Source: Candidatus Nanosyncoccus sp. (GTDB lineage: Bacteria > Patescibacteriota > Saccharimonadia > Saccharimonadales > Saccharimonadaceae). From it: a stretch of 64,000 nucleotides of DNA. The stretch lies in the NCBI GenBank assembly GCA_045603985.1, contig JAZUNE010000007.1, positions 23,202 through 87,201 of the forward strand, in the 5' to 3' direction. The translations under genes were made by a program, and so were the position numbers. Positions 36,958 to 46,416 of the stretch are shown piece by piece. A model generated the notes under the pieces. That model ran no database searches. It was not told the DNA's origin and worked only from the letters and a program-made list of their open reading frames with translations. Each line of letters begins with the position of its first letter. Position 1 is the stretch's first letter.

Positions 36958-37326
36958 TTATAGTACCTCCGGTGCTAAGCTTATAATCTTCGTAAAACCT
37001 TTGTCGCGAAGCTCCCGCGGAATCGGTCCGAAAACCCGCGTCCCTTTAGGAGTTTTATCATCGTTTACGAGTACTGCTGCATTTTCATCAAACCGGATTG
37101 TTGAACCATCTGGTCGTCGAATCGGCGCTACCGTTCTTACGATAACCGCGCGAACTACCGCTTTTTTCTTCACGTTCCCAGTCGGAGAAGCCTCTTTAAC
37201 TGAACAAGTTACTATATCACCAACCCGCGCATATCTTGCCCTAGTTCCCCCAAGTACCCGAATTACTCCGAGCTCTTTCGCACCCGAATTATCCGCTACT
37301 TTTAATCTAGTTTCTTGCTGTATCAT
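36958..37326 (-). CDS. rplN: 50S ribosomal protein L14
   Basis: [17 protein letters not shown] signature. Confidence 0.97.
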   Translation of the reverse strand: MIQQETRLKVADNSGAKELGVIRVLGGTRARYARVGDIVTCSVKEASPTGNVKKKAVVRAVIVRTVAPIRRPDGSTIRFDENAAVLVNDDKTPKGTRVFGPIPRELRDKGFTKIISLAPEVL

Positions 37327-37697
37327 TATTCTTCCTCCCCTTTAGATTCTTCCACTTTCTCAGCTTCTAGATCCCTTGCTTCTTTCGCAGCCTTATCCGC
37401 GCCAACCTTCTCCGGAAGTTCTACCTTATTTACGTCTTCCTTTAATTCAACCGTTCCGCGTGCCTTCTCAATAATCTTAACTAAAGTATAAGCTTTAGTC
37501 TTCGAAATCGGACGACTCATCATTATCTCAACCCGATCCCCAACCTTAGCTTCATTTTTCTCATCATGAGCTGTATATTTACGGGTTTTCGTATATTGTT
37601 TACGATAAAGTGGATGAGTTTCCCGACTTACAATCGAAACGGTAATGGTCTTATCGCGCTTATCGGAAGTCACAGTTCCTACTAAAGTGTGTGCCAT
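37326..37697 (-). CDS. rpsQ: 30S ribosomal protein S17 (C-terminally extended)
   Basis: [14 protein letters not shown]...HPLYRK..K..KY.AHDE...GD.V signature with an acidic tail of about 40 aa. Confidence 0.93.
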   Translation of the reverse strand: MAHTLVGTVTSDKRDKTITVSIVSRETHPLYRKQYTKTRKYTAHDEKNEAKVGDRVEIMMSRPISKTKAYTLVKIIEKARGTVELKEDVNKVELPEKVGADKAAKEARDLEAEKVEESKGEEE

Positions 37698-37698
37698 C

Positions 37699-38118
37699 TT
37701 AAAACTCCTCTTTCTTAATTATTTTACATTTTACAGGTAATTTATGTGAAGCAAGTCTTAAAGCTTCTCGTGCCTGTTCCTCGGTTACGTCTGCAATTTC
37801 AAACATTACAGTTCCCGCTTTTACTTTTGCAACGTAAAACTGCGGCTCACCTTTACCGGAACCCATTTTTACATCTAGCGGCTTCTTCGTTACCGGCGTA
37901 TGCGGGAAAATTCGAATCCAAATCTTACCACCACGTTTAATATAACGCGTAATAGCCTGACGGGCTGCCTCAATTTGACGCGAGGTAATTCGTTCGTTGT
38001 CAAGCGACATTAAACCAAAATCACCAAAAGCTACCGTATTGCAACGCGTCGCAACGCCTTCGTTTTTACCTTTACGAACTTTGCGGTGTGCTAATTTCTT
38101 AGGAATTAAAATTGCCAT
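37699..38118 (-). CDS. rplP: 50S ribosomal protein L16
   Basis: FGDFGL..L....IT.RQIEAAR.AITR..KRGGK.WIR.FP signature. Confidence 0.96.
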   Translation of the reverse strand: MAILIPKKLAHRKVRKGKNEGVATRCNTVAFGDFGLMSLDNERITSRQIEAARQAITRYIKRGGKIWIRIFPHTPVTKKPLDVKMGSGKGEPQFYVAKVKAGTVMFEIADVTEEQAREALRLASHKLPVKCKIIKKEEF

Positions 38119-38120
38119 AA

Positions 38121-38747
38121 TTACTTCTCCCCCTTATAAATCCAGACCTTTACTCCTACGATACCAGCAATTGTCGGTGCATGATGACAATAAAAGTCAA
38201 TGTCCGCTCTTAGGGTATGTAGCGGGACCGAACCTTCGATAAACTTTTCTCGACGGCTCATTTCAGCCCCATTTAATCGTCCAGCAACTTCAATCCGGAC
38301 TCCTTTCGCCCCTGCGTTCATAGTTGATTGTAAAGCCATTTTTACTGCTCGGCGGAAATTCATCCGTTTACCGAGTTGAAAACCGATATTTTCCGCTACC
38401 AACTTAGCGTTTAATTCCGGTTTCTTAACTTCTTCGACATTAATGCGAATTGGCCCATCAACAATTTTCTCAATTTGCTTTTTTAGTTCATTGATGCCCG
38501 CTCCCTGCTTACCAATTACCGCTCCAGCTTTCGCTGTTAAAATTGTAATTGTCGTAAGGTTAGCAGAACGCTCAATGTTAATCCGCGCAATCGTCGGACG
38601 ACTCTTAAATCGTTCCTCGATCGTCTTGCGAATTTCATCGTCCTCAACAAGCCAACGTCGAAAATCGCTCTTGCGGGTAAACCACTTCGACGACCAGTCT
38701 TTGCTGACTTGGAGACGGTAAGAGATGGGATTAACCTTCTGACCCAT
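38121..38747 (-). CDS. rpsC: 30S ribosomal protein S3
   Basis: MGQKVNP...R, a KH domain and [10 protein letters not shown]. Confidence 0.96.
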   Translation of the reverse strand: MGQKVNPISYRLQVSKDWSSKWFTRKSDFRRWLVEDDEIRKTIEERFKSRPTIARINIERSANLTTITILTAKAGAVIGKQGAGINELKKQIEKIVDGPIRINVEEVKKPELNAKLVAENIGFQLGKRMNFRRAVKMALQSTMNAGAKGVRIEVAGRLNGAEMSRREKFIEGSVPLHTLRADIDFYCHHAPTIAGIVGVKVWIYKGEK

Positions 38748-38748
38748 A

Positions 38749-39201
38749 TTACTTGTTCTCCTTTTTCGCTTTTACCTCTGTTTTTTCGGAATTTTCATCC
38801 GCGCTTGCTTTAGCGGATTTTTCTCCTTTAGAGGCGTTCTTTTTAACTTTCTCTTCGCCGGCGACCTCGACGAATATATTACTACTAATCTTCTCGTAAG
38901 GAAGCGCTCGGCCTCTCGACGCCGGAACATACCGACGCATCCTCGTCCCGCTCGTTACAAAAATTCTTGCAATTCGTACGGTCTTCGGATCAATCGAAAC
39001 TTTCGAATTATTAAGTAAATTCGCGTTTGCTGATTCTACGGCCTTTAAAACTGCTCGTGCCGCTCTTCGCGGAGTATGCTCTAGAATTACTACCGCATCT
39101 GCAACATAGCGATCCCGAACTAGACTCGCAACAATACTAGTCTTTCTCGGCTGAGAATCAATTCCTTTTTCATATGCATGTGCAAAATAAGTTTCCGCCA
39201 T
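38749..39201 (-). CDS. rplV: 50S ribosomal protein L22 (C-terminally extended)
   Basis: PRK......VR...V..A..IL, with a Lys/Glu-rich tail, in operon position. Confidence 0.93.
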   Translation of the reverse strand: MAETYFAHAYEKGIDSQPRKTSIVASLVRDRYVADAVVILEHTPRRAARAVLKAVESANANLLNNSKVSIDPKTVRIARIFVTSGTRMRRYVPASRGRALPYEKISSNIFVEVAGEEKVKKNASKGEKSAKASADENSEKTEVKAKKENK

Positions 39202-39204
39202 AAT

Positions 39205-39495
39205 TTATTTCCCTTTCGCCGCCGCAGCTTCTGCAGCTTTCTTGCCACCATGGCGTTTAAATTTACGAGTCGGCGCAAATTCCCCGAGCTTATGACCAAC
39301 CATATTTTCCGAAATAAAAACCGGGACATGAACCTTACCGTTATGTACGGCAATCGTTCGCCCAACCATCTCCGGAGAGATTGTCGATTGGCGCGCCCAA
39401 GTTTTAATTACGGTGCGGTCTTCGCTGGAAAGTGCGGCAACTTTTTTCGCGAGTTTATAGTCCACAAACGGACCTTTCTTTAGACTCCTCGACAT
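39205..39495 (-). CDS. rpsS: 30S ribosomal protein S19
   Basis: [12 protein letters not shown]...[23 protein letters not shown] signature. Confidence 0.97.
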   Translation of the reverse strand: MSRSLKKGPFVDYKLAKKVAALSSEDRTVIKTWARQSTISPEMVGRTIAVHNGKVHVPVFISENMVGHKLGEFAPTRKFKRHGGKKAAEAAAAKGK

Positions 39496-40331
39496 TATTT
39501 CCTCTTTCCTTCGTGGCGACTGCGCACGATCATTTTATTAGTTTTCTTATTATGACGAGTACGATATCCGAGGGTAAGCTGACCCCAAGGCGTCCTTGGC
39601 GCTTTACCAGACCCGTGACGACCACCATCACCACCACCGTGCGGGTGATCCGTTGCATTCATTACAACACCTCTTACGGTCGGACGGATACCTTTTCGAC
39701 GACGTCGACCCGCCGCCCCGATTTTCACATTCTGATGCTGAACGTTAGAAACCGTTCCAATCGAAGCTTCGCAAGAACTTAGAACCTTCCGAACTTCACC
39801 CGAAGGCATCTTCAAAGTCGCATAACCATCTTCTTTTGCCATTAACTGTGCACTCGCTCCCGCTGCTCGCACCATTTGCGCCCCCTTACCCGGCGTTAGC
39901 TCAATTGCATAAACAAATGTACCAACTGGGATATTCTCAAGCGGCATCCTACTACTATCTTCAACTTCAATCTCTTTACCGGACTTGAAAGTTGTTCCTT
40001 TAGTCATTTTCGTATCCGCGAGTACATAGTAATAAACACCATTTTCATCTTTTACCCGAGCAATTCGTGCTGAACGATTCGGATCATACTCAATTTCTTC
40101 AACCGTAAAAGTCAAATCAGCTGGTAATTTATAGGTTACAATTCGGTAATGTCGCTTTACCCCGCCTCCGCGATGTCTTACCGTAATTCGACCCTGATTA
40201 TTTTTACCGGCTTGCTGTTTCTTCGCCGCAAGAAGCGACTTCATCGGCTTCTTCGTCGTAATCTGGTCATAATCTTCTGTCGTCTTTTGACGTTGTGCCG
40301 GCGTAATTGGGCGATATGCTTTAATTGCCAT
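39495..40331 (-). CDS. rplB: 50S ribosomal protein L2
   Basis: GRNN.GRIT.RHRGGG.KR.YR and HPHGGG.G signatures. Confidence 0.97.
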   Translation of the reverse strand: MAIKAYRPITPAQRQKTTEDYDQITTKKPMKSLLAAKKQQAGKNNQGRITVRHRGGGVKRHYRIVTYKLPADLTFTVEEIEYDPNRSARIARVKDENGVYYYVLADTKMTKGTTFKSGKEIEVEDSSRMPLENIPVGTFVYAIELTPGKGAQMVRAAGASAQLMAKEDGYATLKMPSGEVRKVLSSCEASIGTVSNVQHQNVKIGAAGRRRRKGIRPTVRGVVMNATDHPHGGGDGGRHGSGKAPRTPWGQLTLGYRTRHNKKTNKMIVRSRHEGKRK

Positions 40332-40717
40332 TATTTATTCTCCTTCCCTGCATTCTTGTCCGCCTTAGCTTTTTTATCAGCTTTAGCTTCCTTTGCGCTG
40401 GTTTCTTTCTCAGGCTCATCAAAAACTTTAATCGAGTCACCTTTCTTTAATCTTACATAAGCAAGCTTCTTATCTTGACGATGAGTAATGCCAGGATAAG
40501 CATGTTTACCTTTGCTAAATTTCGTCTTTTTTCCGTTGCGAATCAAAGTCCGAACATCAGTAACCGTTACATTAAATTCCTTTTCAACCATCTTAGCAAT
40601 TTCTTGCTTACCCATAGTTCTTTTAACCGGAAAAACGTAAATTCGGTTTGTCTGTTCAAGATAACTTTTTTCCGTCGCTCTCGGCTCTAATATATTTAAT
40701 TGTACTTTTTCCGCCAT
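40331..40717 (-). CDS. rplW: 50S ribosomal protein L23 (C-terminally extended)
   Basis: L23 core in operon position, with a Lys/Ala-rich tail. Confidence 0.92.
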   Translation of the reverse strand: MAEKVQLNILEPRATEKSYLEQTNRIYVFPVKRTMGKQEIAKMVEKEFNVTVTDVRTLIRNGKKTKFSKGKHAYPGITHRQDKKLAYVRLKKGDSIKVFDEPEKETSAKEAKADKKAKADKNAGKENK

Positions 40718-40718
40718 C

Positions 40719-41318
40719 TTACTTCTCCTCTCCCATTAACCATTTTTCCGTAGCCTTGAGCCCCGCCTCTGAAAAGACAATTGCATCCGCATTCATAATA
40801 TCGAATACATTAAGATAAGTAGCACGAACTAACTTTACATTTGGAAGATTATTCGTCGAGCGAAAAACTTCCGGAGTCTTTTCGTTCGCAACTGCAAGCA
40901 CATTCTTTTCTTCAAGTTTCATTTCCTTCAAAACTTTAACTGCATCTTTAGTTTTTCCGGTTAATTTAATCTCCTTGTCTAGTACGAATACCGCTTTTTC
41001 TGCGTTTTTCATCGAAAGTGCCTGTCTAACGGCTAATAATTTCGAACTCTTCGCAATTTTCTTCGTAAAGTTTTCATTACCAGTTCGCCCAAATGCAACA
41101 CCACCATGTCGCCAAATCGGGTTTCTCGTCGAGCCAAATCGCGCTCGCCCCGTTCCCTTTTGTCTCCATGGTTTCTTTCCGCCCCCTCTAACTTCACCCC
41201 GCTTTAAAGTCTTAGCGTGCGAACTTCGGGAATTTGCTAGATATGCATCATAGGCCAATTTAACTAATTCATGATTTTCTACAGTTAAACCGAAAACATC
41301 TTTATTTAACGTTGCCAT
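40719..41318 (-). CDS. rplD: 50S ribosomal protein L4
   Basis: RGGGKKPWRQKGTGRAR.GS.R.P.W..GG.AFG signature. Confidence 0.96.
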   Translation of the reverse strand: MATLNKDVFGLTVENHELVKLAYDAYLANSRSSHAKTLKRGEVRGGGKKPWRQKGTGRARFGSTRNPIWRHGGVAFGRTGNENFTKKIAKSSKLLAVRQALSMKNAEKAVFVLDKEIKLTGKTKDAVKVLKEMKLEEKNVLAVANEKTPEVFRSTNNLPNVKLVRATYLNVFDIMNADAIVFSEAGLKATEKWLMGEEK

Positions 41319-41319
41319 A

Positions 41320-41943
41320 TTACTCCTTTCCCTCCAAGCTTACAATTCCTTTACGAGGGCCCGGGACTGCACCTTTAAGACCGATTAAATTATTTTCCGC
41401 GTCAAGATATGCAACTACTAGATTTTTCACTGTAACTTTATCATGTCCCATTCTTCCAGGCATTTTCTTACCCTTCCAAACCTTTTGTGGATACATCGAA
41501 CCAATCGAACCAACTTTTCGAATGTCGCCTTTAAAACCATGCGTATTACGCGATTCATTAAAATTCCAGCGCTTTACTGTACCAGCATAACCTTTACCCT
41601 TAGAAGTTCCGGTTACCGTAACCTTATCGCCTAGTTTGAAACTTTCGACCGTTAGGCTATCCCCTAGTTTCATACCTTCAGGAATTTCCTCAACTCGAAA
41701 TTCCTTCAAAATTTTAGGATTTGTATTTTCACCAGCCTTTTTAACGTGACCGGAAACCGACTTGCTCAGATTCTTACCCTGACCGTAGCCCACTTGCACA
41801 GCATTATAACCATCGCTCTCGATAGTTTTTATCTGAGTCACTGTGCACGGACCGGCTTGAAGAATAGTTACTGGAGTAACTATGCCATCTTCACCGATAA
41901 TCTGGGTCATACCAACTTTGGTGCCGAGAATGACTTGCATCAC
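41320..41943 (-). CDS. rplC: 50S ribosomal protein L3
   Basis: GTKVGMTQI...G..V.VT.....C.VTQ.K and GKGYAG..KRWNF signatures. Confidence 0.96.
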   Translation of the reverse strand: MMQVILGTKVGMTQIIGEDGIVTPVTILQAGPCTVTQIKTIESDGYNAVQVGYGQGKNLSKSVSGHVKKAGENTNPKILKEFRVEEIPEGMKLGDSLTVESFKLGDKVTVTGTSKGKGYAGTVKRWNFNESRNTHGFKGDIRKVGSIGSMYPQKVWKGKKMPGRMGHDKVTVKNLVVAYLDAENNLIGLKGAVPGPRKGIVSLEGKE

Positions 41944-42114
41944 TTACCTTTCCTTTATTTTATTTAACTTCTGCGTCCCTTTAAGACGCTACTCGCATAT
42001 TTTGCCTCTGTACACCAAGCAAAATACACTATTAAAACTAGACTTTTAGTCGGTTTCCTTAGGTTTAAACCCTCAGACCTCTCCTTATGTCTAGGTATCT
42101 ATCTCATTATATCA
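41944..42114 (-). promoter_or_regulatory. rplC-operon promoter (TGATATAAT) plus a structured 5' leader of about 155 nt
   Basis: Minus-strand TATAAT at 42111-42106 with a TG extension. The leader contains hairpins TATTTTGC..GCAAAATA and GCGTC..GACGC. SD AAAGGAAAGG precedes the ATG. Confidence 0.55.
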
Positions 42115-42173
42115 CAAAAACTTTATCCTGTGAACCCCTATTTTTTAGAAAAACATTCTATCTTCTTATTATA

Positions 42174-43244
42174 TCATATCTCTAAGAAATTGTCAATAAA
42201 ACCGTCTATTTTACCGTCTAAGACTGCTTCTGGATCGGTTTCTTCATATCCCGTCCTAGTATCTTTTACTAATCTATACGGCTGTAAAATATAATTCCGT
42301 ATTTGTTGGCCCCAACCAGCCGACTCCCCCGCTCTAAGTTCCGACAAATTTTCCGCATGTTGTTCCATCTGCATCTGTGCCAATTTCCCGCGTAAAATTT
42401 CCATCGCTTTTTCTTTATTTTGATGCTGGCTCCGCTCATTTTGAATTGCAACGACTGTATTTGTCGGAAGATGAGTAATTCTTACTGCTGAATCAGTCGT
42501 ATTAACCCCCTGCCCTCCATGTCCCCCACTATGATAAACGTCAATCCTTAAATCCTTCTCGTCAATCTCTACCGCCGACTCTACTGGAATCACCGGCAAA
42601 ATTTCAACTAACGCAAAAGACGTCTGCCGTTTCTGATCTGCATTAAACGGCGACAATCTTACTAACCGGTGAACTCCATGCTCCGATTTTAATAGGCCGT
42701 AAGCATTATTTCCTAAAACCTCATAAACCGCTGTTTTAATCCCCGCCTCTTCACCCTCTACTCGTTCCAAACAAGAAACTTTAAATTTCTTTCTTTCAAA
42801 AAACCGTAGATACATTCTTTCAAGCATCCCCGCCCAGTCCATCGCCTCCGTTCCACCCGCCCCCGACGTAATCCGAATTACAACATCATTTTTATCGTAT
42901 TGTCCCGTTAATCTTAGCGATTTTTTTAATTCTACTAGCTGTTTTTCCATCGCCTCAATTTGTTCTAAAAATTCCTCCCTCATACTATCGTCCGAAATCG
43001 CTATCAATTCCTTTAAATCCATAATTTGGGTTTTTAATAGTTCCCATGGCTGGACTTCATCATTTAGCCTAGAAAGTTCCTGATTTTTTTCTGTCGCAAT
43101 TTTTACATCTCGCCAAATTTCCGGTTCCGCGACCTCTCGCTCTAGCTCCGCCACCTTTTTCACCTTTTCCGTTACCCCTACTTTTTCGTACGCCCTCAAA
43201 AATTCCCCCTCTAAATTTTCTAATTTTTTCTCCAAATCCTGCAT
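42174..43244 (-). CDS. prfB: Peptide chain release factor 2 (no programmed frameshift)
   Basis: SPF tripeptide (RLSPFN) and GGQ (SGGHGGQGVN). The 356-aa ORF is continuous through the region where the +1 frameshift site occurs in many bacteria. Confidence 0.95.
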   Translation of the reverse strand: MQDLEKKLENLEGEFLRAYEKVGVTEKVKKVAELEREVAEPEIWRDVKIATEKNQELSRLNDEVQPWELLKTQIMDLKELIAISDDSMREEFLEQIEAMEKQLVELKKSLRLTGQYDKNDVVIRITSGAGGTEAMDWAGMLERMYLRFFERKKFKVSCLERVEGEEAGIKTAVYEVLGNNAYGLLKSEHGVHRLVRLSPFNADQKRQTSFALVEILPVIPVESAVEIDEKDLRIDVYHSGGHGGQGVNTTDSAVRITHLPTNTVVAIQNERSQHQNKEKAMEILRGKLAQMQMEQHAENLSELRAGESAGWGQQIRNYILQPYRLVKDTRTGYEETDPEAVLDGKIDGFIDNFLEI

Positions 43245-43252
43245 TTATTTCA

Positions 43253-43762
43253 TTATATCATATTCGTTAGTGCATACATCGTAATCCCCGCCGCTACCGA
43301 TACATTAAACGATTCTTTCTGTCCTTTCATTGGTATCTCTATAAATAAATCTATTGTTTCATATAAACTAGAATCTATTCCGTGAACCTCTTCCCCTAAA
43401 ATTAAGACAACTTTCTTCCCAAGCTTTTCTTTTAAAACTGAGTCATTTAACTTATATAATTTAGTTGTATCAATATTATTTTCCAACCCTACTATTAAAT
43501 AACCTTCCTTTTTAAGTCGTTCTAGCTCCTTTTTTATCTCATCACACGCATGAATATCTAGCATATTTTCCGCCCCGAGTGCCGTCTTATTAATCTCGTG
43601 GTCTAATTTTTCACGCAAATGCGGTAATAAATTGACGTCATGCACCCTCGGCGTATATCCCGACAAAATCACTTTATTTATCCCAAATCCCTCCGCCGTC
43701 CGAAGAATCGCCCCTACATTATATGTCGATCGTATATTATCAAGCACCAAAACTAGTTCCAT
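43253..43762 (-). CDS. SpoU/TrmH-family RNA 2'-O-methyltransferase
   Basis: NVGAILRTAEGFG, LILGEE..G and SLNVSVAAGI-like (FNVSVAAGITMY) motifs. Confidence 0.8.
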   Translation of the reverse strand: MELVLVLDNIRSTYNVGAILRTAEGFGINKVILSGYTPRVHDVNLLPHLREKLDHEINKTALGAENMLDIHACDEIKKELERLKKEGYLIVGLENNIDTTKLYKLNDSVLKEKLGKKVVLILGEEVHGIDSSLYETIDLFIEIPMKGQKESFNVSVAAGITMYALTNMI

Positions 43763-43817
43763 GTCAATTATTATAACACACTTGCCCCAAAGGTAAAATT
43801 ATAGTATCATTATACTC

Positions 43818-44747
43818 ATGAATATCTGGGAGCAATTAGAGAAACCATTTTTAATATTGGCGCCGATGGAAGGTGTTACCGATGTCGTATTTCGTCAAGT
43901 TGTCGCAAAGGCCGGTCGACCAGATTTATTTTTTACGGAATTTACCAACGTATCATCTTACGCCTCGGAAAAAGGTCGTAGAAATGCTCTAGAACGCCTA
44001 GAAATCGCTCCTACCGACTCCCCTATCATCGCTCAGATTTGGGGCAAAAATCCGGAGCATTTTTCGGAAACTTGTCAGGCGCTTTCATCGCTCGGTTTTT
44101 CGGGCGTAGATCTTAATTTTGGCTGTCCAGATAAACATGTCAACAAAGCTGGCGGCGGAGCGGCAATGATTAAAACCCCGGAACTAGCTGTCGAATGTTT
44201 CAAAAATGCCAAAAAAAGCACCAATTTACCAGTATCCATCAAAACTAGGCTAGGTTGGTCTGATGTCAACGAGTACCAAGAATGGCTACCAGTTCTCTTC
44301 AAAGAACACCCCTCAGCCCTCACCATCCATCTCCGTACTCGAAAAGAAATGAGCAAAGTGCCCACGCATTACGAACTAATCCCGGCAATTCTAAAAATGC
44401 GAGACGAGCTTTCATCCGAGACAAAATTAATCATTAACGGCGATATTAAAGATAAAAAAATGGCACTCGAACTTCATAAAAAGTATCCCGAAATAGACGG
44501 TTTTATGATTGGTCGAGGCGTCTTCCAAAACCCTTACTGTTTTACGGACCATCAACCAACCAAGGAAGATTTAATGAAACTTCTAAAATTACATCTCAAT
44601 CTCTATAAATATGACAAATATGAGCCTCTGAAGCATTTTTATAAAATTTATATTAATAATTTTCCGGGAGCGGCAGATTTAAGAGCAAAGTTGATGGAAA
44701 CGCATTCAATAGAAGAGGCACGAACAGTATTAAGAAACATGATATAA
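43818..44747 (+). CDS. dus: tRNA-dihydrouridine synthase
   Basis: LAPMEGVTDVVFRQ, DLNFGCP and IINGDI motifs. Confidence 0.85.
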   Translation: MNIWEQLEKPFLILAPMEGVTDVVFRQVVAKAGRPDLFFTEFTNVSSYASEKGRRNALERLEIAPTDSPIIAQIWGKNPEHFSETCQALSSLGFSGVDLNFGCPDKHVNKAGGGAAMIKTPELAVECFKNAKKSTNLPVSIKTRLGWSDVNEYQEWLPVLFKEHPSALTIHLRTRKEMSKVPTHYELIPAILKMRDELSSETKLIINGDIKDKKMALELHKKYPEIDGFMIGRGVFQNPYCFTDHQPTKEDLMKLLKLHLNLYKYDKYEPLKHFYKIYINNFPGAADLRAKLMETHSIEEARTVLRNMI

Positions 44748-44759
44748 TAGAAGTGCTCA

Positions 44760-45169
44760 TGCTATACTTCGGTCACTGGCAATGAGAAAAGTTTCAAGGT
44801 CCCCGGTATTGTCATTTATGCCTCGGACTATGAGCCAATAAAACAGAGGCTCACATAAATGACTCTAATAATTTAATTAAAGGAGTCTTTTATGAAAAAC
44901 TTTAACAAAAATAAAACAGAACAAGTCGAAGTTATGGCGCTCTTCGGGTACGAAATGACGCCTTGCCAACCGCTGACTTTTCGGCGAAGAGGCGAGAGCG
45001 AGACCGAAGTGTCAGAGTTGCTCCGAACGCAAATTCGCTTTGCGGGTGGGGTAGCGATGCACATTTTCGACGTTCTGGTTGGTCGGGAACAAATGACGCT
45101 CGAATTCAATTCGCGCGATCTTTCCTGGCACCTCACACAATAGGAAACGGCCCTTCGGGGCCATTTTCT
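44760..45169 (+). other. GC-rich, hairpin-rich island containing an SD-led 83-aa ORF (44892-45143) and ending in an intrinsic terminator; coding versus structured RNA is unresolved
   Basis: TGCTATACT -10-like box at 44760-44768. Nested hairpins at 44813-44865. AAAGGAG lies 6 nt before the ATG at 44892. Three long ORFs overlap on both strands, so the island is stop-codon-poor. An 18-nt direct repeat sits at 44944-44961 and 45083-45099. Terminator GGCCC-TTCG-GGGCC plus T-tract at 45149-45169. Confidence 0.35.
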
Positions 45170-45186
45170 ATGCTATAATAATTATT

Positions 45187-46416
45187 ATGAAAATCGCAAT
45201 TTTAGGCTACGGTAAAGAGGGAAAATCCGTCGAGAAATATTTCAAAAAACATTACGATGATTTAGAATGTGATATTTTTGAAAACTTTACTTATGACGAA
45301 ATAAAACAAAAAGATTTTTCGTCCTATGATTTTATTTTTCGTAGCCCCTCTGTTCCTCCCTTAAATCTAGAAAACGAATCCAGCGTTACTAAATATTTTT
45401 TCAATCACTGTCCCTGCCCTATTATCGGCGTAACCGCTACTAAAGGAAAAGGAACTACCTGTTCATTTATTAAATCTCTTCTCGACGCCGAAAACTATAA
45501 TGCCTATCTTGTTGGGAACATCGGCGTTCCTGCTATCGATATCCTAGATGAACTAACCAAAAATTCAGTTGTCGTCTATGAACTATCTAGTTTTCAACTT
45601 TGGGATCTTAAAAAATCTCCTTCTGTCGCCGTTCTTGGCCATCTAGAACCTGACCATTTAAATGTCCATAAAGACTATACTGATTATTTAAATGCAAAAG
45701 AGCATATTACTAAGTTTCAGACCGAAAACGATTGCCTAATTTATAATAAAAATAATCCTGAAGCTACTAAAATCGCTAAAGATTCCAAAGCTAAAAAAAT
45801 CCCTTATCCTTTTAGTGTTCCCGGAGAGATTGAAAATTCTATCGCTCTCCCTGGCGAGCATAATTTAAATAATGCTGTAGCCGCTATCTCCGCTGTCGCT
45901 TCTTATAAAAATATTTCACCAGACGAATATATAAAAAAATATAAAAACGAAATTATAACAGGTTTAAGAAATTTCCATGGCCTTCCCCATCGTCTCGAAT
46001 TTATTCGCGAACTAAAGAATGTTAAATACTATGACGATAATTTCTCAACTAACCCTTCCTCTACCCGCGTCGCAGTAAACGCTTTTCCGAATGATAATAT
46101 TGTTATTATCCTCGGTGGTCGCGATAAAACCGACAACGAAGATTTACCCGAAATTTACGATATTCTTCAGTCTCCCCAAGTTAAAAAAATTGTCCTCATC
46201 GGCGAATCTGGCCACGCCCTCGCCGAAAAGTATTCCGACCCGCGTTTTATTTTAGCCGAATCTCTCGAAGAAGCTGTTAAAACCGCAAAGACCAAGGCCG
46301 AAAAAATCGCCCCCTCTATCCTTCTTATGTCCCCAGCCGCCGCTTCTTTCGATATGTTTGAAAATGTCTACGACCGCGGAGAAAAGTTTAAAAATTTAAT
46401 CTCGTTTCTAAACTAG
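45187..46416 (+). CDS. murD: UDP-N-acetylmuramoyl-L-alanine--D-glutamate ligase
   Basis: N-terminal ILGYGKEG Rossmann-like motif, Mur ligase P-loop GVTATKGKGTT and a C-terminal domain. Leaderless start 7 nt after TGCTATAAT. Confidence 0.8.
   Translation: MKIAILGYGKEGKSVEKYFKKHYDDLECDIFENFTYDEIKQKDFSSYDFIFRSPSVPPLNLENESSVTKYFFNHCPCPIIGVTATKGKGTTCSFIKSLLDAENYNAYLVGNIGVPAIDILDELTKNSVVVYELSSFQLWDLKKSPSVAVLGHLEPDHLNVHKDYTDYLNAKEHITKFQTENDCLIYNKNNPEATKIAKDSKAKKIPYPFSVPGEIENSIALPGEHNLNNAVAAISAVASYKNISPDEYIKKYKNEIITGLRNFHGLPHRLEFIRELKNVKYYDDNFSTNPSSTRVAVNAFPNDNIVIILGGRDKTDNEDLPEIYDILQSPQVKKIVLIGESGHALAEKYSDPRFILAESLEEAVKTAKTKAEKIAPSILLMSPAAASFDMFENVYDRGEKFKNLISFLN

Noticed and set aside
42174-43244. 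Looked for the programmed +1 frameshift (CUU UGA) typical of prfB
   Set aside because: The ORF is continuous from an ATG 8 nt after the trmH-like stop through the region that aligns with the frameshift site. No in-frame UGA or split ORF is present.
44760-45169. Identification of the GC-rich island as RNase P RNA, tmRNA or SRP RNA
   Set aside because: No GAGGAAAGUCC / ACAGAA..CGGCUUA P4 strings are present; only a weak GGAAAGAUCGCGC appears on the minus strand. There is no tRNA-like T-arm or CCA end, and the length of about 230 nt is too short for RNase P or tmRNA. Its identity is unresolved.
46388-46416. 29-bp overlap of the convergent murD and M16-peptidase 3' ends
   Set aside because: This is probably genuine compaction. 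There is no hairpin or other signal, and nothing further can be supported from the sequence.
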